A DNA stretch of 64,000 nucleotides, taken from NCBI GenBank assembly GCA_937129385.1, contig CAKZNC010000197.1:10397-74396 (forward strand), given 5' to 3'. The stretch is from an uncultured Bacteroidota bacterium. GTDB lineage: Bacteria > Bacteroidota > Bacteroidia > Bacteroidales > GCA-2748055. Within the stretch, counting starts at the first letter, position 1, and each line of letters begins with the position of its first letter. Below are positions 16,543 through 24,476 of the stretch, piece after piece. The notes under the pieces are model-generated. The model saw nothing but the letters and a program-made list of their open reading frames with translations. It had not been told where the DNA came from and ran no database searches. Made by a program: the position numbers and the translations under genes.

Positions 16543-19014
16543 ATGATTCGAAATTGCAACCGATTATACTCAGTTGTCCTTCAGTCAATACTGACTATTA
16601 CTCTGGCACTAATCTCCTCTGCAGGGTATTCTCAATATGTTGTACACGGAACCATTTCCGATAATCAAACAGGTGAAGCCCTTGTGGCAGCTACGATTTT
16701 CGATCCGAGTACGATGAAGGGTACTGTATCCAATGAATATGGTTTCTATAGTTTCAGAACAAAAGAAAATGATATCGTTCTAAACTGCTCCTACGTTGGA
16801 TATGCACTTGTAAAACTGCACTTGAATCTTGTATCTGACACAGTAATTAACATTTCTCTCGAACAGAGTCTTGAGATTGAAGAGGTGACAATTAAGGGTG
16901 GTGCATCAGGTGCTGATATTTTCAGTTCACAAATAAGTGCTCACAACCTTAATAGGGTCCAACTTCAAAAAATACCCATGCTTTTCGGGGAAACAGACCT
17001 GGTGAAAGCGTTGCAGTACCTTCCTGGCGTTAGTTCAGGAATTGAAGGAACCAGTGGTATTTATGTCAGAGGAGGAGGCTCAGACCAAAACCTGATCCTT
17101 CTGGATGGAGTGCCAGTGTACAATGTTAATCACCTGTTTGGCTTCTTCTCTGTTTTTAATGGAGATGCCGTGAATAGTGCCACTTTATATAAAGCAGGAT
17201 TTCCTGCACGGTACAGTGGACGTCTATCTTCTGTTATAGATGTAAGTTTGAAAGAGGGTAACATGAAAGAGTTCCATGGCTCAGCTTCCATTGGTCTGAT
17301 TAGCTCGAAAATGATGCTAGAGGGACCAATTAAAAAAGACAAAACTTCTTTTTTGATTTCAGGAAGAAGAACATATATCGACATCCTCTCTTACCCAGTT
17401 CAATATTTTATCAATAAGGCAAATGGGTCAGACAGCTATTTTGGGTATTATTTTTATGATCTTAATACAAAGATAAATCATAAATTTTCCGATCGAAGCA
17501 GGTTTTTTTTCAGTTCATATATGGGCAAAGATGAAGCATATATTGATGATTACAGAACTTCTGATGATCAACGAAATCCTGGCGATTCAATACGATTACC
17601 TGATTCTGAAGGGTTCAACTGGGGAAACATAAGCACTGCCCTGCGATGGAATTACATATGGGGTAAGCAACTTTTCTCGAATGCAACACTATATTATGGC
17701 ACGTATAGATTCAGAAATTTTGAGGAAAGCGAGCGGATAGTCTCATTAGATAGGTTTCCTGAAGAGTTAAGAGGGGAAAATGACTTTGCCAAATATAATA
17801 GCGAGTACGTTTACTATTCAGGGATCAAGGATTTAAGTGCAAAACTCGATTTCTCCTATATTCCCTCCACAAATCAATATGTAAGATTTGGTTTAAAAAG
17901 TACACGATATATGTTTGAACCTGGAGTTCAAATCGCAGAATATGAATGGGAGGATGTCTCAAGTAGTAGAGAGTATGGTGGAGCCGATACTGTTTATGCT
18001 GCTTCTCTTACTGCCTATCTGGAGAATGATTTCAGTATCGGTGAGCGTTTTAAATCGAATATCGGATTAAGTTCAACAGCATTTATTGTTGATGGAAAAA
18101 CATACTATTCCATTGAACCAAGAGTATCGGCACGATTTAAGTTTGCGGATAGACTCATATACAAGGCATCTTATGCAAAAATGTCCCAGCCTGTTCATCT
18201 GCTTACAAATTCGATGATAGGTTTACCAACTGATATCTGGGTACCATCAACCAGGGAACTTTCACCAGAGCTTTCCTGGCAAATAGCTTCAGGAATATTA
18301 TACAAATATGACGCCTCATGGGAGTTTTCCTTCGAAGTCTTTTATAAGGATATGCAAAATTTGATGGAATATGCAGAGGGCGCCGAATTGCTAATGAATG
18401 ACAAAAATTGGGAATCAAAGATAGAGTCAGGAGAAGGAGAGGCATATGGTGCGGAGTTTTATGTACAGAAAACAATGGGAAGATGGACAGGGTCAGTGGG
18501 GTATACCTGGTCTAAGAATTTTCGCACATTTGAGAATATTAGTTTTGGTGAACCTTTCCCTTATAAATACGACCGCAGACATGATGTATCTGTTGTATGT
18601 AACTATCAGCTAAAGGAGCATATAACAATGGGAGCAGTTTGGGTATATGGCTCAGGTATTCATACAACAGTACTTGATCAATCCTATATGAATCCATTTG
18701 CAGCAATTGGCGGTAAATTAGTAAACGAGAATAGATTTTTCAGCAATGATCTGGTCAGGAATTTCGAACAGAGGAATGGGTATCAACTACCTGCATATCA
18801 CAGGCTAGACATAGGATTTAATATTGATAAAGAGAAAAAACGCTTTGTCCGAACATTGAGTTTTGGTGCATACAATGCATATGCCAGAAGAAATGCCTTT
18901 TATATATATACAAGTCAGGGTAAATGGAATGATACAGGAGAGTGGGAAAAGCGTGTCTTCCAGGTAACTATGTTCCCCTTAATCCCATATTTTAAATATT
19001 CAATTAAATTCTAA
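16543..19014 (+). CDS. TonB-dependent receptor with an N-terminal CarboxypepD_reg-like domain
   Basis: YVVHGTISDNQTGEALVAATIFD matches the CarboxypepD_reg domain. The plug region contains DLVKALQYLPGVSSG and IYVRGGGSDQNLILLDGVPVYN. A long barrel ends in YSIKF. Confidence 0.8.
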   Translation: MIRNCNRLYSVVLQSILTITLALISSAGYSQYVVHGTISDNQTGEALVAATIFDPSTMKGTVSNEYGFYSFRTKENDIVLNCSYVGYALVKLHLNLVSDTVINISLEQSLEIEEVTIKGGASGADIFSSQISAHNLNRVQLQKIPMLFGETDLVKALQYLPGVSSGIEGTSGIYVRGGGSDQNLILLDGVPVYNVNHLFGFFSVFNGDAVNSATLYKAGFPARYSGRLSSVIDVSLKEGNMKEFHGSASIGLISSKMMLEGPIKKDKTSFLISGRRTYIDILSYPVQYFINKANGSDSYFGYYFYDLNTKINHKFSDRSRFFFSSYMGKDEAYIDDYRTSDDQRNPGDSIRLPDSEGFNWGNISTALRWNYIWGKQLFSNATLYYGTYRFRNFEESERIVSLDRFPEELRGENDFAKYNSEYVYYSGIKDLSAKLDFSYIPSTNQYVRFGLKSTRYMFEPGVQIAEYEWEDVSSSREYGGADTVYAASLTAYLENDFSIGERFKSNIGLSSTAFIVDGKTYYSIEPRVSARFKFADRLIYKASYAKMSQPVHLLTNSMIGLPTDIWVPSTRELSPELSWQIASGILYKYDASWEFSFEVFYKDMQNLMEYAEGAELLMNDKNWESKIESGEGEAYGAEFYVQKTMGRWTGSVGYTWSKNFRTFENISFGEPFPYKYDRRHDVSVVCNYQLKEHITMGAVWVYGSGIHTTVLDQSYMNPFAAIGGKLVNENRFFSNDLVRNFEQRNGYQLPAYHRLDIGFNIDKEKKRFVRTLSFGAYNAYARRNAFYIYTSQGKWNDTGEWEKRVFQVTMFPLIPYFKYSIKF

Positions 19015-19015
19015 G

Positions 19016-20014
19016 ATGCAAAAAGTTATTACCAAAGCACTTGTCTTTATCATATGTGTTTCCTGTGAGAAGGATATCACTGATGATTTCAGGAGGAGTA
19101 ATGACAGGAGAATCGTTTTGAGTGGCGAGTTTATTGCATTAGACTCACCTATAGTCCATGTTTCCAGAACAATATCCATGGTAGACCTCGATTCAATAAA
19201 AGTAATTGAAGATGCTATACTAGAACTGCATACTGAAGATGATACGTATTTAATGAATCATGTTGTAGACGGCTACTATACAACAGATGGAGTGATCATG
19301 GAACCAGGTAAATCCTACACGCTTCATTGTTCAGTTGACGGTTTACCTGAGGCTTCTGCATTAGTCGAAATTCCTGAAATCCCTGCTGTTACTAATCTGA
19401 GTTATACGGTAGATACAGCCTATAATATGCATATAAATTTTGATTTTACAGACATTGCCGAAACTGAAGATTATTACTCATATTATCTGTCAGGCTGGGG
19501 CAGAGAAAGGCGTTATACACCCTACATGGAAGGAGATAATATCTTAATGATTATTGATACAATTAATGTATATTCAATTTTCTACCAAAGTATTCAGGAT
19601 TCTATTGCTGAATATAGCGGTGGTTTAGGGATTTTCACCAGGTCTCCTTCTATTTCTGAGATTACAGACAAAAGCTTAGGAGGAAGGAGGTTTTTCTTCT
19701 CAGACAAGGCGATAAATGGTAAAAGCTATAATCTCTCAGTGAAAATAAATCTATTAAATTGTTACAATGATTCAATTCCTGAAATTGAACTTACATTTCA
19801 AAGACAAGATCGACATTTATTAGAATATTTGAAGGTACTGGAGAAATATAATCCCGATCCTGATTTCCCGATCATGCAACCAGTACAGCTCTACTCAAAC
19901 ATTGAAGGAGGTTTTGGGCTTGTGTATGCAATAGGTGAATACAAATACACTATTGATGTATCAGAGTGGTACAACGATCCTTTATTTCTTGAAAGGCTTA
20001 ATAAGCCTAGATAA
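19016..20014 (+). CDS. DUF4249-like lipoprotein (usual partner of this receptor class)
   Basis: Has a Cys-containing signal and starts 1 nt after the receptor gene ends. The C-terminal SNIEGGFGLVYA resembles the DUF4249 terminal motif. Confidence 0.6.
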   Translation: MQKVITKALVFIICVSCEKDITDDFRRSNDRRIVLSGEFIALDSPIVHVSRTISMVDLDSIKVIEDAILELHTEDDTYLMNHVVDGYYTTDGVIMEPGKSYTLHCSVDGLPEASALVEIPEIPAVTNLSYTVDTAYNMHINFDFTDIAETEDYYSYYLSGWGRERRYTPYMEGDNILMIIDTINVYSIFYQSIQDSIAEYSGGLGIFTRSPSISEITDKSLGGRRFFFSDKAINGKSYNLSVKINLLNCYNDSIPEIELTFQRQDRHLLEYLKVLEKYNPDPDFPIMQPVQLYSNIEGGFGLVYAIGEYKYTIDVSEWYNDPLFLERLNKPR

Positions 20015-20142
20015 CAGCTTACTCATCACGTAGAATTATTGAAAAAGTTAAAATTTCACCCCGTAACTTACTTAAGGAATTGTTGTAAATGTCCCAATTT
20101 GTGTGTCTCAAGAAGTATCTTTCTTAAATTGGAGAAAAAAGT

Positions 20143-20173
20143 AAAACCCTAACCATCTGCTGATTAGGGTTTT
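20143..20173. terminator. hairpin 11 nt from the tRNA 3' end (terminator for the tRNA and for the DUF4249 gene)
   Basis: AAAACCCTAA - ccatctgctga - TTAGGGTTTT. The stem sequence resembles the hairpin at 8016-8048. Confidence 0.5.
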
Positions 20174-20184
20174 ACAAATATATC

Positions 20185-20259
20185 TGGTAGCTCCACCAGG
20201 AATCGAACCTGGATCTACGGTTTAGGAAACCGCTATTCTATCCATTGAACTATGGAGCC
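20185..20259 (-). tRNA. tRNA-Arg (anticodon CCU), CCA encoded
   Basis: A hand-folded cloverleaf gives acceptor GGCTCCA/TGGAGCT, D arm GTTC/GAAT, anticodon arm GCGGT-TTCCTAA-ACCGT and T arm CCAGG-TTCGATT-CCTGG, with discriminator A plus CCA. Confidence 0.9.
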
Positions 20260-20279
20260 AGTATGTCAAAAATAGTTCC

Positions 20280-20334
20280 GGAAACCGCTATTCCCTGCCT
20301 GCAGGCAGGCAGGTATCCATTGAACTATGGAGCC
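20280..20334 (-). pseudogene. tRNA-Arg 5'-half remnant with a 20-nt palindromic insertion in the D-loop
   Basis: Positions 20314-20334 and 20280-20293 are identical to tRNA positions 1-21 and 22-35. They are interrupted by CCTGCCTGCAGGCAGGCAGG. No 3' half is present. Confidence 0.6.
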
Positions 20335-20481
20335 TTTTTCAGTCTTCAGTCGCCAATCGGCAGCCCCTACTGAGTACTGGTGACTGGCGACTGCCGACTG
20401 AATTCGGGTTGCAAATATAGTGGTTTCCTCATTTTCTGGCAATTCTTTCTCCTACAATCTTCTCCAAACGATTCAGCACTG

Positions 20482-20510
20482 TTGACAATGTACCATTCAG
20501 TATTGACAAT
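20482..20510 (+). promoter_or_regulatory. two direct TTGACAAT motifs, 21-nt period, upstream of the OMP gene
   Basis: Copies at 20482-20489 and 20503-20510, 42-70 nt upstream of the ATG at 20552. Confidence 0.3.
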
Positions 20511-20551
20511 TCTTTCTTATCTTACCCGGGATAATCAAAAAACCATCAGCC

Positions 20552-21139
20552 ATGAAAAAACTATTCATTGCACTCTTCACGGTATTTACAGTATCCGCCG
20601 GTGCACAGGACATTTCATTCCAGCTGGTCACGGGTATCGGTGCCGGATTGTCTTTCGGCGAACTCAAAGCCTATGGAATTTCTGCCTCAGTGGAGCCTAA
20701 AATTTTTATCGGTAATAATATTGCCGTTGGTCTTCGCGCCGAAGGTGATGTATTATTCGGAGGCAATATTGACGTGGAAAACACAGATAACCTGTCGATA
20801 GGAATGTCATCCAGGGCTGCACAAACCATCAAGGGTGAATACTATATAACCGACATGAAGGTAAGACCTTATGTAGGTTTCGGACTCGGCAGGTTTACCC
20901 AGGCCAATATTGGTGCTTCCGGTTCAGGGGGAGCGAATATCCAGGCGGATGTTAGTTTTGGAGTAGCCCCTGAAGTAGGACTTGCCCTCGGCAACTTCCG
21001 CCTGTCAGCAATCTATAATATCGTGCCGGGCACCAACCTGGTTGAGATCTCAGCAGGCGATGCACTGGAGATCTCAAAAAAACTACCTGGTACTGCAGAT
21101 GAGCTGGAAGATCTTCGGTATCCGTTAGAACTGCTCTAA
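20552..21139 (+). CDS. small outer-membrane beta-barrel protein (possible 3' frameshift at an A7 run)
   Basis: Signal MKKLFIALFTVFTVSAGAQ, then Gly/aromatic-rich alternating strands. The annotated C-terminus is acidic and unlike a barrel. Confidence 0.6.
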   Translation: MKKLFIALFTVFTVSAGAQDISFQLVTGIGAGLSFGELKAYGISASVEPKIFIGNNIAVGLRAEGDVLFGGNIDVENTDNLSIGMSSRAAQTIKGEYYITDMKVRPYVGFGLGRFTQANIGASGSGGANIQADVSFGVAPEVGLALGNFRLSAIYNIVPGTNLVEISAGDALEISKKLPGTADELEDLRYPLELL

Positions 21140-21198
21140 CATAACAATGGACGAATAAAAGTCCCATAAGCTGTTGATTTCCAGCTAAAGGGAAACTG

Positions 21199-21615
21199 AT
21201 GCGCTATACTGAGAATAAAATGAAGGAACAGCTGCTGAATGAGATCTCAATGAACACGTCGCGTTCTTCCGGCCCGGGCGGACAGCACGTGAATAAGACC
21301 GAATCGAAGGTTGAGCTGCAATGGGAGCCGGCTGCGAGTGAAGCTTTGAATGAATCGCAGAAAAAGCTGCTGCTGGAAAAGCTGGGACATAAACTCACTC
21401 CCGCCGGGATATTGATCATTACTTGCCAGGAAAGCAGGTCCCAGTTCAGGAACCGCGCACTTGTGCAAAAGAAGTTTCTTGAGCTTGTCGAATGGGCCCT
21501 TCGCAGACCCAGGCGTCGCATTCCAACGCGACCGGGTCGCAAAGCAAAAGAGAAACGATTGCAACAGAAAAAGCTTCATTCTGAGAAAAAGCAGCGGCGG
21601 AAAAACGACTTTTGA
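21199..21615 (+). CDS. arfB: alternative ribosome-rescue factor / peptidyl-tRNA hydrolase ArfB
   Basis: GGQ motif SSGPGGQHVNKTESKV plus a basic C-terminal tail (RRPRRRIPTRPGRKAKEKR), as in E. coli ArfB/YaeJ. Confidence 0.8.
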   Translation: MRYTENKMKEQLLNEISMNTSRSSGPGGQHVNKTESKVELQWEPAASEALNESQKKLLLEKLGHKLTPAGILIITCQESRSQFRNRALVQKKFLELVEWALRRPRRRIPTRPGRKAKEKRLQQKKLHSEKKQRRKNDF

Positions 21616-21688
21616 CCTGACCCCTCTTACGGATATTCCAATCTTTTTCCTACATTTATTGGCGCTAACATTTTCAAAAAATATACCA

Positions 21689-22618
21689 ATGAAACGACGT
21701 GATTTTCTCCGCGGTACAGCCACGGCAGCAGCGGCAGCATCAGTAGCTCCCGTAATGGGCGTATCGGGTTCCCCCGCGAACCACCCTTCAAAAAAGAAAT
21801 CTTTCAACCTGAAATATGCTCCTCATTTCTGGATGTTTAAGAACCTGGCAGGTGAGGACCTCCTGGACCAGCTTCAGTTCGTGGCCGACCAGGGTTTCAC
21901 AGCGCTGGAAGATAACGGAATGAAAAATAAGGAGGTGCCGATGCAGGAGAAGATCGCATCAAAAATGGCCAACCTGGGTCTCGAAATGGGCGTTTTTGTC
22001 GCCCACACAATCTATTGGAAAGAACCAGGTCTTGCCAGCGGTGACAAGGACCAGTTGAAAGAATTCCTGAGTGAGATCAAAGACTCTGTTGAGGTGGCAA
22101 AAAGAGTAAATGCCAAGTGGATGACGGTCGTTCCGGGACATATCGATCCGAGAAAAGATATGGGATACCAGGAAGCAAATGTTGTTGAGGCATTGCGCCG
22201 GGCTTCAGATATCCTGGAACCGCATGACCTGACCATGGTACTGGAGCCATTGAATTTCAGGGACCATCCCGGCTTGTTCCTGAATAAGGCCGGACAGGCA
22301 TACGATATCTGCCGGTCGGTTGACAGCCCTGCTTGTAAGATCCTTTTTGACATCTATCACCAACAGATCCATGAAGGGAACCTGATCCCGAACATCGACC
22401 TTGCATGGGATGAGATCGGCTATTTCCAGTGTGGCGACAACCCCGGGAGGAAAGAGCCCACCACCGGCGAGATCAATTACCTGAACGTGTTCAAACACAT
22501 CTACGAAAAAGGATTCAAAGGGATCGTGGGGATGGAACATGGTAATTCCATAGACGGAGCCAAAGGAGAAAAAGCTGTGATCGAAGCCTACAGGCAAGTG
22601 GACGATTTCCTCTCATAG
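21689..22618 (+). CDS. Tat-exported xylose-isomerase-like TIM-barrel protein (hydroxypyruvate isomerase family-like)
   Basis: The ATG at 21689 gives the twin-arginine signal MKRRDFLRGTATAAAAASVAPV. The body resembles AP_endonuc_2 TIM barrels and ends around GMEHG. Confidence 0.65.
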   Translation: MKRRDFLRGTATAAAAASVAPVMGVSGSPANHPSKKKSFNLKYAPHFWMFKNLAGEDLLDQLQFVADQGFTALEDNGMKNKEVPMQEKIASKMANLGLEMGVFVAHTIYWKEPGLASGDKDQLKEFLSEIKDSVEVAKRVNAKWMTVVPGHIDPRKDMGYQEANVVEALRRASDILEPHDLTMVLEPLNFRDHPGLFLNKAGQAYDICRSVDSPACKILFDIYHQQIHEGNLIPNIDLAWDEIGYFQCGDNPGRKEPTTGEINYLNVFKHIYEKGFKGIVGMEHGNSIDGAKGEKAVIEAYRQVDDFLS

Positions 22619-22655
22619 CTGGTCTTCATCTGCGCAAAGCTGACAAATTTTTTTT

Positions 22656-23255
22656 ATGTGGCTTTCAATTGCTGAGATCGCCCTGTTGATCATTCTCCCC
22701 CTGACGATCTTCTTTCAGAGATCAGGATGGCAACCTAAATCCTATATACCGGCAATATTATTGCTTTACGTTATTTGGTACCTGTCTTATGCATTCCTTC
22801 ATGAAGCCAGCCATCTCCTGGGAGTATGGGTAACGGGCACCAAGGTGGAAGGGTACCAGCTGATCCCACATTTCTGGAAGGGAGATTTCAGTACAGGCTA
22901 TATCAGATCAGTATACGATTCTAAAAGCGATGAATTCATCGTTGTGATCTTCGCTTACCTGAGGGACCTGGTATTTTTAACGGCCGGATACTTTATACTA
23001 AAGAGAATGAACACAACCCGGACCCTACTTACGGGCCTTATACTGGTGGTTTTCATCCTTAGCCCGGTATATGATATCATTGATAATTACCTGGCTTTCC
23101 TCGTGGGTGCAAAAAATGATTTTAACGCCCTGATAGTTATATCAAATAAGTTTACCGTACATACGATCGGTATCTTGATGCTCAGCTATTCCGTATTCAT
23201 ATCACTCGCTGTTGTAAAGCAAGCAGGTATTATCAGACAGACGGTCAAAAAATGA
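22656..23255 (+). CDS. membrane protein with an HExxH motif (DUF3267-like putative zincin)
   Basis: About 5 TM helices. HEASH lies at the end of TM2. Confidence 0.45.
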   Translation: MWLSIAEIALLIILPLTIFFQRSGWQPKSYIPAILLLYVIWYLSYAFLHEASHLLGVWVTGTKVEGYQLIPHFWKGDFSTGYIRSVYDSKSDEFIVVIFAYLRDLVFLTAGYFILKRMNTTRTLLTGLILVVFILSPVYDIIDNYLAFLVGAKNDFNALIVISNKFTVHTIGILMLSYSVFISLAVVKQAGIIRQTVKK

Positions 23256-24474
23256 ATCCTGTGGCTGCCCTGATATTCTGAATATTTCCCACCACATTCA
23301 CGCCTTCCAGCACATTCTGGTGTATGTATCCGGCTTCGAGGAATAGTGCCCCGGATGAGAAAAGTGGAATCTCGATACCGAGGTTTGCAGAGAGCCCAAA
23401 GCTCATGTCAAACAAAGGATCCCTATAGACCGGATCATAGTCTATCTCAATATTGTTAATGACAAACTCGTGGTAAGATGATGACCTTGAAAAATATTTT
23501 TCTGTCAGGATGTCGGCGTGCGCATACAATCTTGCCCTCTCCCCCGAAGTGAGGAACTTCTTAAGACCGGCCGTCAGCCCCAGAGCCGAACCGGTTTCTT
23601 CCAGGTCATACAGCTGTCCGCCTCCTTCCACCGTTCTCAAAAACTCATAGTTCGTGTATCCCAGGCTCACCAGGATTGCTGTCCTCCTGCTCGATTGCGG
23701 CAGTGTAATCTCGATCCCGGCACCAAAAACCGAGCGCAGGTCGGAATTATACCTCATTTTCTCTGCATGGTCGTATGCGGTAAACCCCGTATAGGTTGAT
23801 TGCCTGAATGCATATACCGGGAAATATCGAAGTTGTGCCCGCTCCTTCTCCTTTTGATAGATCATACATTCTCTGTCCGGACAGGTTAATTCATGATATT
23901 TCCTTGTAATATTAATAAGTCCGTCATGATTGAATTCCGTCTTATTGATTTTATCCCACAATTGCTGTTGATCAGAAAAAACATAGGTGAGTGCTCCTGT
24001 ATATTGCTTGCTCTCCTTTAATTTCATTATTGGATCTCCACCTGGATAGTTTTGCTTCCAGATGGTGTCAATATCATTTTCCAGCTCAATTCTTAAAGTA
24101 TCCTTCTGAATGAAATATCGGTTCCTCTGTTTATTATCCCGGTAAAAATAGAGGTCAACTTCTTCTGCATCCACAAGGTATTCAGCAAATATCAGGTGAG
24201 GATCTTCTGCTGTGCCTATATTCTTCGTTACGTAGTAATATTCTCCGGTTATCCTGTAGCCAGCAATTTCACCAGGCCTGAATTTAATACCCTCTCCATC
24301 CTTTTCTTTCCTGAAATCAGCAATAACAGTGTTTTTTCCAAAATCATTATGCCTTAGGTATCCGGTGAGAGTATCCCCCTGATTATTTATCACAAAACCT
24401 GGTTTAAAAGCGGTCTGCTCAATGACAGCACTGTAAGAGATTGACAAAATGATCAATAAAATAATTTTCTTCAT
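23245..24474 (-). CDS. secreted hypothetical protein with an OMP-like C-terminal half (paralogue B)
   Basis: Has a signal peptide and is clearly homologous to the adjacent gene (FKPGFVIN.., PGEIAGYRI, TCPDRECMIY). Ends in GFIF. Confidence 0.5.
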   Translation of the reverse strand: MKKIILLIILSISYSAVIEQTAFKPGFVINNQGDTLTGYLRHNDFGKNTVIADFRKEKDGEGIKFRPGEIAGYRITGEYYYVTKNIGTAEDPHLIFAEYLVDAEEVDLYFYRDNKQRNRYFIQKDTLRIELENDIDTIWKQNYPGGDPIMKLKESKQYTGALTYVFSDQQQLWDKINKTEFNHDGLINITRKYHELTCPDRECMIYQKEKERAQLRYFPVYAFRQSTYTGFTAYDHAEKMRYNSDLRSVFGAGIEITLPQSSRRTAILVSLGYTNYEFLRTVEGGGQLYDLEETGSALGLTAGLKKFLTSGERARLYAHADILTEKYFSRSSSYHEFVINNIEIDYDPVYRDPLFDMSFGLSANLGIEIPLFSSGALFLEAGYIHQNVLEGVNVVGNIQNIRAATGFIF

Positions 24475-24476
24475 AT

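Larger units (their letters stand above)
14271..20184 (+). mobile_element. integrase-less island module E2 (outer-membrane cargo) between att copy b and the tRNA
   Basis: Bounded by identical 19-nt tRNA 3'-end sequences and AT-rich relative to the core. It carries 4 co-directional envelope genes. Confidence 0.4.

Noticed and set aside
20336-20400. A GC-rich stretch built from the permuted words CAGTCGCCA, TCGGCAG, TGGCGACTG and CTGCCGA next to the tRNA remnant.
   Set aside because: The complementary words are arranged A-B-A'-B', so they do not form a simple nested hairpin. With only one copy in the window I cannot tell a REP-like element or pseudoknot from chance. I note it here but do not claim it.
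20380-20700. A 106-aa ORF overlapping the OMP gene start and its upstream region.
   Set aside because: It is out of frame with the well-formed signal-peptide-bearing OMP ORF at 20552. Its sequence has no features of a real protein.
21461-21688. A long N-terminal extension of the TIM-barrel isomerase ORF that overlaps arfB.
   Set aside because: The extension overlaps the arfB coding sequence. The ATG at 21689 yields a textbook twin-arginine signal (MKRRDFLRG), so the short form is preferred.
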